NCBI GenBank assembly: GCA_009602725.1
Contig: WELB01000012.1
Span: 742,619-806,618, forward strand
Direction of reading: 5' to 3'
DNA length: 64,000 bases
From: Spirogloea muscicola
Taxonomy: Eukaryota
Shown here: one piece after another, positions 25,550 to 38,480 of the stretch
How the letters are laid out: each line of letters starts with the position of its first letter
How positions within the stretch are numbered: the first letter of the stretch is position 1
The notes under the pieces: model-generated
Database searches by the model: none
Seen by the model: only the letters and a program-made list of their open reading frames with translations
What the model was told of the DNA's origin: nothing
Translations under genes and position numbers: made by a program

Positions 25550-28500
25550 CTAGTCGACTTCCTCCATCTTGCTCTCTTCGGCTGCTCTTTCGAGGGGCGG
25601 CATTTCATCACCTCCTTCCATCTCCTCCTTGTCATCCTTCACTCCCAGACCCAGTTGAATCATGCGTTGAATGCGACTTGCAAAGAGCTGCAGCACAGAC
25701 AAGCTGATGCGTCACTCACCCGTCCTAAAAGAGAAGGCCCAACATGGACAAGGTATATGCGTCCTTGCCTCGCAGCCAAGGTATGATGGCTACCCTCTGA
25801 CCTCTTCTTAGCTGCTCTCTCGTGAAAGCAATCCAGCACTGTTACCTGCGGCTCGTCGATGCTGAAGCCGGAAGTAAGTAGCGCGGTCTCATACAGCAGG
25901 ACAATAAGGTCCTTGAGCGTCTTGTCATCTGGGTCGGCGTCTATCCGTCGCTTCAACTCCTGGATAATAGCATTGTGGGGATTGAGCTCCAGCGTCTTCT
26001 TGCTCATCATGTACCTGGACATGGTCTCGTCTCGCAACGCCTGCGCAAGCGCCAACGAGGAGGCAAGGCTTGCAAGGTCATCATTAGTGACCTTGTCCAG
26101 GATTTGTCAAAAGCGCCGCATGCTCAGCAGCTGAAGCATATGCCTTGCTTGCTTGTATATACAATCTTGACTAGGGCAAAGGATGAAGGTACGCTCTAAA
26201 TACTTGTCCAATCTTCATTAGTATCTACAAGGGAAGACTTAACGGTGTAATCTCAAGGCAAAAGGTCTGTACATCCAATACAGGGGGGGGCGATGACTTC
26301 CAGCTTTTGTGTGACAAATCTCGGGAGGCACTTTACCTGAGCCTTCATGATCCTTTCCATGTTGGCGGTCCAGCCATACTCGCCGGTCACAAGGACGGCG
26401 GGCGACTCAGTGACGCGTTTCCCGATGACCACTTTCTCTACGCGGTCGCCCAATACTTCCTTGACCTTCTTGCAGAGGCCCTCATACTCCTGCTTCAGGC
26501 GCTCCCACTCCTGCTGCTCCTCCTCGCTCTCAAGGGGCAGCTTCAGCCCCTCCTTGGTCACGTTCACGAGCTTGTGCCCGTCGTACTCCTTGAGCTGCAA
26601 CCAGAAGTTTGCAGTATCTGAATTGAGGCGCCAACTAAGTGTGGCCTCAGGCTCCCATCCCACCTTTTCGTTCTGGCTGCTCAGAGTGATTCTTGCAGCC
26701 ACGGAGCTACTTGAACACATAACGCAAGGCTTAATGATATTCTTAATGCTGATGGGCTTGCCATACGTGCGTGGCACGCGCCATGCTCACCTGTTGCACC
26801 ATGTACTCATCGATGGGGTCTGTCATGAGCAGCACCTCCATATCCAGCTTCCGAAGTCGCTCCAGAAATGGCGATCGCTCCACGGCCTTAAGGCTCTCCC
26901 CCGTGATGTAGTAGATGTCCGTCTGCTGAGGCTTCATTCTCGTCACGTAGTCCTTTATACTCGTCCATTCATCGCCTGCCCAGCATCAGTCGCGGCATCG
27001 TGTAAGCGGATTTCCTGTTGCCTGTGACAGTCCCTTCAACGATCTAGTCTATCAATGTCTATGTTAGCTATATCCAGGTACAATGGAAAGAAAGGTGCAA
27101 GTGATGAACTAAAGGAAGAACTCACGGCACTTGGTGGAATGGAAGCGAAGAAGGTCGGCAAGCTTGGCGCGGTTCTGACTGTCCTCGTAAATGCCCAGCT
27201 TCAGATTCTTAGAGAAGGCCTCGTAGAATGTTTTGTACTTGTCGTGGTCCTCAGCCAGCTCAGAGAACATCTCGATGCACTTCTTCACCAGGTTCTTATG
27301 TATCACCTGTTACAATTGGAGGTCCCATGATTCTTTGCATGTCACAGTCTGTTGGAGTGTGTTGGATCGTGTCAGCCTTTCATACTGACATAGTTGTAAG
27401 TCTGTTGGGTCACATGGATACTCAGTCGTGGCTAGTACTCCACTAGCTTGGATACTTAAATTGGAATAGATACAGAAAACCTTCACCCCACAGGTACACC
27501 GAGACCCGCTACCTAAAAATGAAAGACCAAGGACTCTGACTGAGGATACTTTTAGGATTCTGCTTTGCTGCAGCATCTCGCGGGAGATGTTGAGGGGCAA
27601 GTCCTCCGAGTCTACGACGCCCTTCACGAAGCTCAGGTACTCGGGCATCAGGTCCTCAGCGTCGTCTGTGATGAAAATGCGCCGCACGTACAGCTTCACG
27701 TTGGTCTGCTTCTTGCGCCGCCCTTCGAACAGGTCGAATGGCGCACGCTTTGGGACGAACAGGAGAGCCTGCACCAATGATTTGTCCAAAGTTAGCACCG
27801 CTGTCATATACGTGTCCTGGCCAGCATCGCTCCTAGGTGGGCTGCAGCGCACAAAAGATGGTCTTTCAACGTCTTGCATCGAGGGCCCCAATCTCAGGTC
27901 TCTTCAGGTTGGGGCTCACCCGGAACTCGAGCTGGCCCTCCACCTTGAAGTGCTTGTACGCCAATGGCTCCTCCCAGTCATTGGTCAGGCCCTTGTAGAA
28001 AGCTACGTATTCGTCGGCGCTCACCTCCTCGGGGTTGCGCATCCAGATCGGCTTCTATTGCGTCAAGCAGCAGAGCAAGGCAAGCCGCTCGTCAATCAAA
28101 GCTTGCTGTCCGAGGGTGTCGTCGACTTGCTCAAGACTATAATCAAGCTGGCGCTCTCTGCCTTTAGAGATATCAATTCTGCCTCTGCACTCAACAATTA
28201 GAAGACATGTTAAGGCGTGCAAGTGGGAGGTGGAGCTGTTCGAATCCTTGCCTGCTTGTTCACCAGCTCCCACACAAATGTTACCTCCTTGACCTTCTTC
28301 GTCTTGTGCTCCGGTGCCGCTGCGCCTCCCTCCCGCTCCGTCACGTCCTCCACCTTCCCCTCCTCAGCCTCGCCGCCCTGATAGCACAATCGCCATCTAA
28401 ATGAAGGACTTGCTTGGGTACATCCGCCTGCCAGATTTTTGCATTCGATGCAGGTGATCCAGTTGGTCTGACGGCACCTGCATGGGGACGTCCTCGTCGT

Positions 28501-29967
28501 CGTCGGCGTCGTCTACCTCGCTCTCGACAGTCTTCTTGACGAGCATATAGATGGGATAGTTGATGAACTCGGAGTGGCGGCGGATGACGTCCTTGAGGCG
28601 CCGCTCCTCCAGATACTCAGCTTGGTCCTCCTTGAGGTGCAGTGTCACGATTGTGCCGCGCGGCAGCTCCACAGTGTCCCCATTGGCAGTCCGCACAGTG
28701 AACGAACCCCCCGCCTATCACATAAGTCGAAAGCGTGCAATGATCAAGCACTTTGCTAAGATCAAGAATCAAAGACACGGACTGCTGTCTCGTGTATGGA
28801 GATTTCATAAGAGATGACAATATGGATAAGACTGGTACTAGTGCCACGTGGCTTATGATACGGATTTCATGATCGGAGCCGGCCGCGGCTGGTGCACCGC
28901 CAGGCTCGCCGCAGCAGCAGTGGCAAAGCTGACCTGCGATTCCCACACGTACTGGTTGTCGTCGGGGTGCTTGGTGTTGACAACGACACGGTCGGCGACG
29001 AGGAACGCCGAGTAGAAGCCGACCCCAAACTGCCCGATCATGCTCACATCGCCGCCCTCCTGCAGCGCCTCCATGAACTCCTTGGTGCCCGAGCGCGCAA
29101 TCGTCCCCAGATTGTTGATGATCTCTGCCGCACGTCCGGCGCGCTCAGCAGGTCAGACTGGTCAGGGCATACAACTCTGCTGGAGCGCTTGGCGACACGG
29201 CGTCCTCACCCGCTTTGGTCATGCCGATCCCGCTGTCGCGGATGCTCAGCGTGCGGGCCTCTTTCTCGGCCGTCACGCGGATGCACAGCTCCGGGTCCGG
29301 CTCCAACACCTTGATCGAGGGATCGAGGCCAGAAACAAATGGCAGTAGGCAGGCAGCCCGGCAAGGTGAGCTGCGGCAGCGCTCGCTCGTCGACTATCAT
29401 GTGATTATATGCAGGCGGCCGCAACGCAGGCGTGCCGACAGTGGTGGTGGCGTACCTTGGGGTCGGTGAGGCTGCGGTGCCGGACCTTGTCGAGCGCGTC
29501 GGACGCGTTGCTCAGGAGCTCGCGCAGGAACACCTCCTTGTTGCTGTAGAAGGTGTTGATGATCAGGCTGAGCAGCTGCAGGCCGCGCGCACGGCGGCGC
29601 GCCGCGCTCGCCGCGTGAGAGGCCGCGAGCTGCAAGGCCCTGGCCGCTGCCCGGAGCTCCCACGACGCTCCCCGCAGGCGGAGACTCTTGCAAGCCCCGC
29701 GCCAGTTAGTCTGGTGGGGGCGGCAGCGACGTCGTTCAAGGCCCGTTTGCGGTGGCTTCAGCATGCCATCGTTTCAGCATGCCAACCATGGCATGCTGAA
29801 GGAGCAGCGGCGACGGCCACGGCGAGCGTGGCTCTCGCCTGGTTGATCTCGGCCTGGAACGCAAACACCTCCGCGCCACCCTCGGCGGCGGTACTGGCAG
29901 CGGCGTCGGCGTCTGCATCGGCGGTGGTGCCTGTCGACGTCGGCGCCTCTGCGGCGGCGTCCGCCAT
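25550..29967 (-). CDS. HSP90: Cytosolic heat shock protein 90, multi-exon
   Basis: [96 protein letters not shown]-terminal MEEVD* (stop at 25550-25552). Confidence 0.97.
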
Positions 29968-30150
29968 CTTGGCTTGACGGCGGCGGCGGCGGCGGCGGCG
30001 GCGGCAAGAAGCGAAGGCAGCGAGGGCCTCTGAGGGTCTCGATCCCGTGCGGTGAGACTCGGCCTGCATGTGGGCGCCCACCGCAGCCATGGCGGCCCGG
30101 GGAGGGGGAGGGGGAGCTGGGTTGGGTGGGCGTGCGTTGCCATGCAGGCG

Positions 30151-30218
30151 GCCACGTCGGACTCCACGTGGCTGCCGGTGGGCCACGTCGGACGCGCCCG
30201 GCGCCTCCACCACGTGTC
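30151..30218. promoter_or_regulatory. Cluster of four ACGT boxes (G-box/ABRE-like) in the HSP90/CYCB divergent promoter
   Basis: CCACGTCGG (~30152), CCACGTGGC (~30164), CCACGTCGG (~30183) and CACGTGTC (30211) within 70 bp. Confidence 0.5.
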
Positions 30219-30266
30219 GCGCGCGCCGCGCCCGGCGGCGGGGCCGTACTTTCCGCCGCAGCCGGC

Positions 30267-30559
30267 CCGTTGGCGGGGCGTGCCAAACGGAGGGGGCCAG
30301 ATGCGCAAATGCGCCCCGCGGGCCCCGCGCAAACAGCTCCCCGTACACACCCCCCGGGGATGGGAGACGGCCCGGAGGGCCACGGCGCGCCGTGGCCCAA
30401 CGGCTCCGAGAGGACGTTCTCCGAGCCTGGGCGTGGGCGGTTCCCCGACAAGTCCATCCGGGGCGCCAAACGTGCGCCCGGGCCCAACCCCCCGGGAGCG
30501 TTTGCGCCGCGCCCCGCCAACGGGCAGGGGGGAGGGGGGGAGGAGGGAGGGTAGCCGTT
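30267..30559. promoter_or_regulatory. MSA (mitosis-specific activator, MYB3R-binding) element cluster upstream of cyclin B
   Basis: AACGG cores at 30267 (-), 30286, 30399 (CCCAACGGCT, full YCYAACGGYY consensus), 30519 and 30555 (-); TATA-like CTATA at ~30600. Confidence 0.65.
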
Positions 30560-30810
30560 CCCCCTTCCTCCTCGGCTCCCCCCCTCCAAGGTCACCACTC
30601 TATACCCCCCCCCCNNNNNNNNNNNTCTCCCGCTGCGCGCCCAGCTCCGCCGCCGCGCCGCCTCCCCAGCCCCGCCCAGCTGCCGCCATTGCCGCCGCCA
30701 CTGCCGCTGCCGCTCGAGGGCCAGCCCTGCGGGCCTGCATTGCGCTGCCTGCGACCACGCGATTGCCCGCGGCGCGGCTGTGGCGGCCGGAGCCGTGAGC
30801 CACCGCCACA

Positions 30811-33800
30811 ATGTACGCCACGAGGGTGAGCGCCGCCGCCACTGCCGTTCCTGCCGCCGCCGCCGCGCCTGTGGAGGCACAGCTGTGCCCTCGCGGGGCC
30901 TGCGGGGACCTCGCGGGCCCTCCCAGCACGCTGGCCTTGGCCAGGCCGAGGGGCTGAGCCGCTCCAGCTGTGTGCGCGCCCCGCCGCCGCAGTCCCAGGT
31001 CGCGCAGCGGCAGCAGGCGCAGCAGCAGCCGGCGGCCGCGCTCTACGGCGACGAGAACAAGCGCGACGCGAGCAAGGCCGCCGGCGCCGGCGCCGCCGCC
31101 AAGGGTACGCAGCGCCGCCATTTGTCGACTTCAAGTCTTAAGTGGGCATCGTGGATGCGGCAACTCGCTCAGACGTGCTGACCCAGTTCACTGCCATTGC
31201 TGCTCCGCCGCCGGTGGCCCAGTGCCGGCACGGCGCGTGATGGCGGTGGCGGCAGCGGCGGCGGCGAACGCCGCCGTGCAGCCGGGGCGGCGGGCGCTGG
31301 CCGACGTCGGCAACCTCGTCGGCGGCCTGTCGGTGCGCGAGGTGGGCACGGCCCTCGCATACCCATCACAGTCCCCCAACCTCTCTCCTCCCCCACCCTC
31401 TCCCTCCCTCCACTGTATGCACCTCGCTGGCTTTCAGCCGCTCATTTATTATCAGCAGCTGCATTCTCTTCCACTTGGGACTGGGCGCTGCGGCTGCGCC
31501 TCATTGGGTTCGCGGGGATGTGCTGCTTTTGTGCAGGCTAACGCTGGCGTCGCGGGGAGCGGCGCGGTGCTGCCGCCCGAGAAGTGGGGCTCCAAGGGCC
31601 AGCGCGCGGGCGCTGCCCCCGGCGCACGGCCGGGCAAGGCGGCGCCGCCGGTACTGCCGGCGGTGATCGCCGTCACCACGTCCGCTATGTCCACCGCCAC
31701 GACCGTTGCCGGCGGTGGCTGCGGCTCGGTGACCAGCACCGGGAGCTCGACTCGCAAGGTGGCCACTGCCGCTGGCCGCGCCCTCCTGCCTGCCGTCGTG
31801 GCCGCCGTGGTCGACTTGGAGATGACAGATGCTGCACTCGACGACGGCCTCGCGGCCGGGAGCATCCCCGACATTGATGCTGCCGACGTTGGTAACCCGC
31901 TTGCTGTGCTTGAGTACGTCGAGGATATCTACAGCTTCTATCGCCGCACCGAGGTCCCCCCCTCACTCCTGCCTCCTCTTCTCTCTCCCTCAGATAATAT
32001 GTCAACCATGATATACAAACATGTCAATGACCTCTCTTCTTTGCACATGCCGGGCTTGTACCCCCCCGCCGCACCATGCGGCAGCACTGACGCAGCATGC
32101 TGCCCGACTCAAATCCCCCAACAGGCATCGAGCTGTGTGTCGCCCAACTACATGACGCGCCAGGGCGACATCAATGACCGCATGCGTGGCATCCTCGTTG
32201 ACTGGCTTGTCGAGGTCCGGTTGCGACCACTTTGTCTTATACCCCCCCTTCCAACGCTCCTCCTCCTCCTGACTTGTTCAGCACTCGCGTTGCAACGCTG
32301 GCTGAGCTCGTGGCATCCTTGCCGTTGAGCTGCTGTGCAGCTGCATGCCTGCTGCTGTTGCTGCTGATGGCTGTGTGCTGCCACTGTGGGTGCAGGTGCA
32401 CCTCAAGTTTAAGCTGCTGCCAGAGACGCTGTTCTTGACAAGCAACCTAATCGACCGCTTCCTGGCGGCGCACACCGTGTCGCGCAAGAATCTCCAGCTC
32501 GTTGGCGTCACCGCCATGCTGCTCGCTTCGAAGTATGAAGAGATCTGGGCGCCCGAGGTTAGCCAACCAACTCACAGATCCACCGACCGCCCACGAAAAG
32601 GACCGAATGCCTTGCTATCGCATGGAGGCCGAGGCTACTGCGCTGGCTAAGGTTCTCACAAGCGCGCCAACTGGCACGCTTGCTCCACAGGTGGGCGACT
32701 TCGTGTACATCTCCGACAACGCATACAGCCGCGAGCAGATCCTCAGCATGGTGCGTGACAACTGTTGCCTCCTCTCCAGCCGCATTTGCTGCCGTTGCTG
32801 TGCCTTGGTGCTAGCTTCAGGCTGGTCAAGCCTGTGGCTAAGTACGTGCCCTGCTCCAGTGGAGCCGGGTGCGCTGACAATACAGTGTCTGCGCTGCCGC
32901 CGCTCGACAAACTCCTGCAGGAAAAGCTGATGCTCAACACGCTGCAGTTCAACCTCACCGTGCCCACGCCGTTCGTCTTCATGACGCGCTTCCTCAAGGC
33001 GGCCCACGCCGACAAGGAGGTGCGCACGTCTTGTGTGGTCTTCTCTGGATAGTCTGAGCTCTTGCGCAGTCCTCCCGAGCGAGGCTCAAACGACAGGCAA
33101 GCTTCGGTGGTTCTGACGCCTCTCCATCACCCACTCTCTTCCCTTTGGCGAGACAGCTGGAGAGCCTGGCATACTTTCTGGTGGAGCTCAGCTTGCCTGA
33201 GTATGCGATGCTTCGCTTCTCGCCATCCCACTTGGCCGCTGCGGCCGTCTTCACGGCCCTGCGCACGCTGCAGCGCACGTCTGCATGGACTGCCGTCCTC
33301 CACAAGCACTCGGGCTTCACTGAGCTGCAGCTAAGGTAGCCCGCCTTTTGAAGCACCCTCCCTCCATCCCTTCATAACCACCTCTCTCCACCCTGTCCGT
33401 TCCCTCTCTCTTCTCCTCTCTCGTTTCCTCTGCCTTCCCCATTGCTCTCCCTCTCCTCTTCCTCTCTCCACCACCTTTCACTCTTGTTTTTCCTCTCCCT
33501 CTTGCTTCTCCTCTCTTCACTCTCTTCTTGTCTTTCTTTCATCATTCTCATGCTCCAAATTTCCCCTCTTTCCATCCACCAATTCACCAACGAATCTACA
33601 CCTCCAAGCCCCCCTTCCCTCCTCTGCTCTTGACGTTCTTGCTTTCCAGGCCTCCCATCACACCCTTGTGTAGAGCATTTACCTCCATCGTCCCTTCCCT
33701 CCTCCCTCTCTTTACCCCCTTGTTCTCTGAATTTTTGCCATGCCGCCCTCCTGCCCTCCAGCTCGTCCAATTAGCTCCACCTTCTTGACACGCTTGCTCT

Positions 33801-33984
33801 GGCCGGCCTCTGCTGCAGGGTGTGCATGAATCTGATGATCGGCCTGCACAAGAAGGCGGCCACCGGCAGCCTGACGGCGGTGCACAAGAAGTACGCAGTG
33901 CCCAAGCAACTGGAGGTGGCCAACCTCGCGCCAGCAGACCCGGCGCTCCTAGCAGCCGACGACTGCACCTCTGCCAGCTGCTGA
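30811..33984 (+). CDS. CYCB: B-type mitotic cyclin, multi-exon
   Basis: D-box [32 protein letters not shown]; cyclin box [62 protein letters not shown]-terminal LTAVHKKY; stop at 33982-33984. Confidence 0.95.
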
Positions 33985-35391
33985 AGCGAGGGTCGCGGCC
34001 ACTTCTACAGCCACTATCCCACCTCCCTCCTTCCACCTCGCCTTGCCATCCGTGCTCGCGCCGTATCGCTGCTTGCAACGGTGGCGGCCACGTTGGCCTG
34101 CCCTCATCCTCCTTTCCTATCCTTCAGCTATATGCTCCAGCCTCTCAACCCCCACCTCCTTCTCTTCTCTTCCTCCCCGAATGATGGTCTACGCCTTCAC
34201 CAAGCCGCCCTCCATCCCTCCTTGAGCAAGCAGCAATGGCAGCTTCGCTCCCGGACATAGCTAGCGCCACTGGCTCACTGCCGCTCCACAGCATGGCAGC
34301 CATCGGCCCTTCCACCTCCCCTAGCATCCCACCTTGAAACGGCCGCCTCCTGCTGGGCTGTGCCAACCATGTAGCGGGCCTCCTCCCCTTAGGCCGCCTC
34401 CCGCTTACCTGTGCTGGCATGAGAGCTTGCCTCCTCCTCTGCAGCCGCATTTGCCGCCGCCTCAGCAACCTCAGCCCTTGCCAATGCCAACTCCAGCCCC
34501 CACTGGCTGCCGCTCCTACCTGGCGGGCGCATCACGCTAGGACTTAAAATGACAACACTAATGCTTAGCCAAAAGGCAAAGCTTTGTGGAAATTGTAGGG
34601 CCTTGTGCCAGAGCAGCTGCTGGCCAGCCTCTGTAGTACAGTCTGACAAAGAAATTACATGCTTTGATGTTTCTTTCACGTGTCACAAGCGGATATGCCT
34701 CACTTCACTTGGTTCTCTGCCCTATTGGCTATTTGACAAGCTTAAAATTTGAGAATCAGCTGCGAAACGATTGCAGCATATGCATCACTGCAAACATTGT
34801 GTGGACTCCATGCCACTGTCAAAGTGGATAAGCAGGGGTTAGCATCTCTTGAATACGTTTTCAATCATGTAGTAGAGAGATACAATTGGAATGACAACCT
34901 CTTACATGACATGGTACCCCATGCTTGACAGAGTATGCCTGTTGTGTACGACGTATCATGCTTGATGCCTAACGCCAAGTTTGCTTCACATTAGCTTCGT
35001 GTAGCCAGCTACTGCACGAGCAACAAGATTGCCCGAACAAATAGAAGCAGCAGGTGGGCTGCTAGTCTAATAGTTGAATGAATGGTGGAGTTCGCTCTAA
35101 GGAGCGAGGACAGATGGAAGGCTCCCAAGACAGGCGCCCAATAAGCATCCACACGAGCAGCACCACTGCTCGTGCGCCGCCGAAAGAGATGGGAAAGAAG
35201 GGCCCGGAGGCGCTACCGCGTGCCGCAGGCAAACGCGGAGGCCGAGAGGCGCGCAGAAGTCGGTGAAGTTATTGATAGGAGGGAAGGAGGGAAGACTAGA
35301 AGGGAAACTTGGGAAAGGCAGGGAGATCAGAAGGAGAGGTAAGATGAGATACTACAAGCTTTCAAAACTGGCGGCAGCTGGGGCGAAACTG

Positions 35392-36135
35392 CTAGGCGAG
35401 CCGGCCGCTGACGGGCGATGGAGCAAGCGGTGAGAGCGGCTCGGAGGCGACGACGGCGCGGCAGGACATGGCTAGCGGCGGAGGCGGGAGCTTGTATGCC
35501 GTAACTGGGCCGTCGCCGCCATGGTCGGCGGCGGCGGCGGCGCCGGGCAGCTTCGCCGGGCGAGGGGAGGAGACGGTGGAGGCGGGGCTGGACGAGGCCG
35601 AGGAGGGGGAGGAGAGCGGCGGCTGCGGCGGCCTGACGCGGTCCTGGGGGAAGGAGGCACTGCGCAGCGACGACGACCTGGGCGAAGGCGCTGCTGCCGG
35701 CTCCAGAGGAGGCGAGCTGAAGGCGCGCAGCGGCGGCACTCTGGTGGTGCTCCACAGCGGCGGGGGCTGCAGCGACGGCGAAGGACGAAGCGAGGAGCCG
35801 CCGGCGCCGGCGCTGCGAGACGGCGCCGCCGCCGTTGCTGCTGGCAGCGGCGGCCCGCGCCCCGGCCAGGACGAGAGCAGAGGCCCCGACTCGCCGCAGG
35901 CGGCCTCGGAGGCGGCGCCGGACTGCCGCGGCAGCGGCCCTGACCAGCAACCTCGGCCGTGGCTGGAAATGGCAGTCACGGCGGCGGCGGCAGAGGCGGC
36001 ACCAGCCTGCGGGCTCGGCAGCGACACTTCAATGGGCTCCGGCAGCGTGAACAGCGGCCGCTCTGCCGTGGGCGCGGCGGCCGAGCGCCGCAGCTCCGGC
36101 GCTGCAGCTGGGCAGCCGGAGGCCGTGGCCGCGGC
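35392..36135 (-). CDS. Possible Pro/Ser/Ala-rich hypothetical protein, 3' part (5' end in gap)
   Basis: About 250 open codons in very GC-rich DNA running into the gap, with promoter-like sequence beyond it. No recognisable domain, and the opposite strand is also open. Confidence 0.3.
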   Translation of the reverse strand, partial: AAATASGCPAAAPELRRSAAAPTAERPLFTLPEPIEVSLPSPQAGAASAAAAVTAISSHGRGCWSGPLPRQSGAASEAACGESGPLLSSWPGRGPPLPAATAAAPSRSAGAGGSSLRPSPSLQPPPLWSTTRVPPLRAFSSPPLEPAAAPSPRSSSLRSASFPQDRVRPPQPPLSSPSSASSSPASTVSSPRPAKLPGAAAAADHGGDGPVTAYKLPPPPLAMSCRAVVASEPLSPLAPSPVSGRLA

Positions 36136-36703
36136 NNNNNNNNNNNNNNNNNNNNNNNNNNNNNNNNNNNNNNNNNNNNNNNNNNNNNNNNNNNNNNNNN
36201 NNNNNNNNNNNNNNNNNNNNNNNNNNNNNNNNNNNNNNNNNNNNNNNNNNNNNNNNNNNNNNNNNNNNNNNNNNNNNNNNNNNNNNNNNNNNNNNNNNNN
36301 NNNNNNNNNNNNNNNNNNNNNNNNNNNNNNNNNNNNNNNNNNNNNNNNNNNNNNNNNNNNNNNNNNNNNNNNNNNNNNNNNNNNNNNNNNNNNNNNNNNN
36401 NNNNNNNNNNNNNNNNNNNNNNNNNNNNNNNNNNNNNNNNNNNNNNNNNNNNNNNNNNNNNNNNNNNNNNNNNNNNNNNNNNNNNNNNNNNNNNNNNNNN
36501 NNNNNNNNNNNNNNNNNNNNNNNNNNNNNNNNNNNNNNNNNNNNNNNNNNNNNNNNNNNNNNNNNNNNNNNNNNNNNNNNNNNNNNNNNNNNNNNNNNNN
36601 NNNNNNNNNNNNNNNNNNNNNNNNNNNNNNNNNNNNNNNNNNNNNNNNNNNNNNNNNNNNNNNNNNNNNNNNNNNNNNNNNNNNNNNNNNNNNNNNNNNN
36701 NNN
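36136..36703. other. Assembly gap (N) followed by a 120-nt poly-A run that is probably artefactual
   Basis: Run of N, then A at 36704-36823. Confidence 0.9.
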
Positions 36704-36825
<122 letters not shown>

Positions 36826-37479
36826 CCCCCCTCCCCCTTCACGGCAAGTCAAGGCCGCTCCGCCCCGCCCTCCCTCCACCCCAGGCGGTTGCGACAACCG
36901 CAGGGGAGGAGGAGAGGGAGCGCGGAAGGCCGCGTGGGGCCGGACCCGCGGTCAACGGGGGCCGGCTTGAACGGGCCGCCACGTGGCGGTCAAACCCCCC
37001 CGCCCCGACGCGCTCGGAGGAAAAGAGGTCAGGGTACTGGGTAACATTGGACCCGTGCGCGAATGCCCCGTCGGCACCGCAGGCGCATGCCCCTCACCAC
37101 GGATAGGACATTGAATTAGCAGACAGCTTCCTTTCGAGGGACGAACTGGCGACCGATTTACGGGGGGGTTGTTCCCGGCCCAGGCCCCGGCCCGAAATGG
37201 CAGGGAAGCCCGGACGCGGCAGTTGGGCGCTACGGCCTCCGGCACGTGGCTGCGCCGGAAGTGGGCTGCTGCCGTGCGGGCGGTTGCCGGTGACGGGGCA
37301 GGCCGGCGGATGATTTGCGCGACGGCAGGAGACGCCCGGGAAGCACCAGCGAACGCCGTGAATCGGGCCCACCATTATGCCCACGAGCTGGCTGCTGTGA
37401 GTAGACTCCCTGTGTGCTTTCACGCTTTTCTGGCCCCTTCGAGCTTTGTTCAATTGCTGCCCTGGGCTGGCCTTTCTGG

Positions 37480-37758
37480 CCCTCGCCCAAGTCTTCCGGA
37501 TGCGCTTGGCCATCTCTTTGCAGCGGTCCCTTGCCTTCGCGGTCCACTTGCGCGCAGGCCGCGCTTTTGGCGGCGGCCTCCGGCTTCCGTCAGGGCGACG
37601 TCTTTCCGCCTGCTAGCTATTCAGACTTGCATCTACTGACTAGAGCTTACTGAGAGTCCGCTTGCTGCTGTCTCAGTCCTCAGCACTCCGGCTCCTTCGG
37701 ACCTTGTCCATTCCTTTGGGCGGTCCCAGCCACCACTTAATCTGGCCGCACTTGCTTT
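37480..37758 (+). repeat. Left arm of a ~280-bp inverted repeat (partner 42171-42450)
   Basis: CCCTCGCCCAAGTCTTCCGGATGCGC...CAGGGCGACGTCTTTCCGCCTGCT...TTAATCTGGCCGCACTTGCTT is the reverse complement, with scattered mismatches, of 42171-42450. Confidence 0.9.
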
Positions 37759-37829
37759 CTGGCCCCGTCGGACCTTGTCAATTCTTTTCGGGCTGGCTGA
37801 TTGTCAGCCCTTGCCCCCTTCGCCCTGGC

Positions 37830-38480
37830 GGGTTTGATGCGCGACGCCGGGTACCGTGCGGTCACGGAGTGATCAACATTATGCCTATCACCACGGATGC
37901 CCAGGGACGTCATCATCGCCGCACACTTGACATTGTGGGCGTGCAACCTGGTGGAGGACCACGGGCCTTGGTCGATGTGGTTGTTACGGAGGCCTATGAA
38001 AGTCCAGCATCAATGGACATTGCTTCCACGCAGTGGGCGGTGCAAAACAAAATAAACTGAAGCACTACTCCGATTACCCCCAGTGCGATCAGCTTCTGCC
38101 AGCGGCAGTCGACATTTTTGGCTACTTAGGTCCTCGATCCCACACTCTTCTTCAAAATGTTGCCAATCTACGCCACACGACATGCAGATGTGTTCCCGGC
38201 TGAGATGGGCTAGCCAGCTGCATATCTGTCGTTCTTGCGACTGATAGTTATTTTCGGCCTGTTTGCAGCGTGCTCAGGCTAATGCTTTGCACCAGAAAGC
38301 TGGGCGAGCTCTAGTCGGTGGCAGAAGGGCTTCGTATCTGCCATCTAGTATTCAGGCATCGATTAGCGACCTTTATGTATTGAACCGTGGTTACTGAGCG
38401 GGTCAATCTGCTGTAGGTTATGTAGGTCTTGAGATGTGCTTGCCTCTGTACTTGGCCATTTGACCTTCGTTCGTTTCAAA
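37830..38480 (+). mobile_element. 5'-truncated, degenerate CRE-like non-LTR retrotransposon (restriction-like endonuclease C-terminus)
   Basis: Fragmented translation LDIVGVQPGGGPRALVDVVVTEAY...KLKHY...LLPAAVDIFGYLGP...CLQRAQANAL resembles the RLE domain end of CRE-clade elements. It is a diverged direct repeat of ~40385-40925. Confidence 0.6.

Noticed and set aside
30409..30426. Heat-shock element upstream of HSP90
   Set aside because: Only one clean TTC unit; it does not meet the three alternating nGAAn units.
29432..31181. Numerous antisense and overlapping Ala/Arg/Pro-rich ORFs
   Set aside because: Expected from very high GC content and explained by the HSP90 and CYCB exons and promoter.
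33340..33790. Long C/T-rich tract whose minus strand reads as a Glu/Arg/Gly-rich ORF
   Set aside because: Low-complexity intron of cyclin B.
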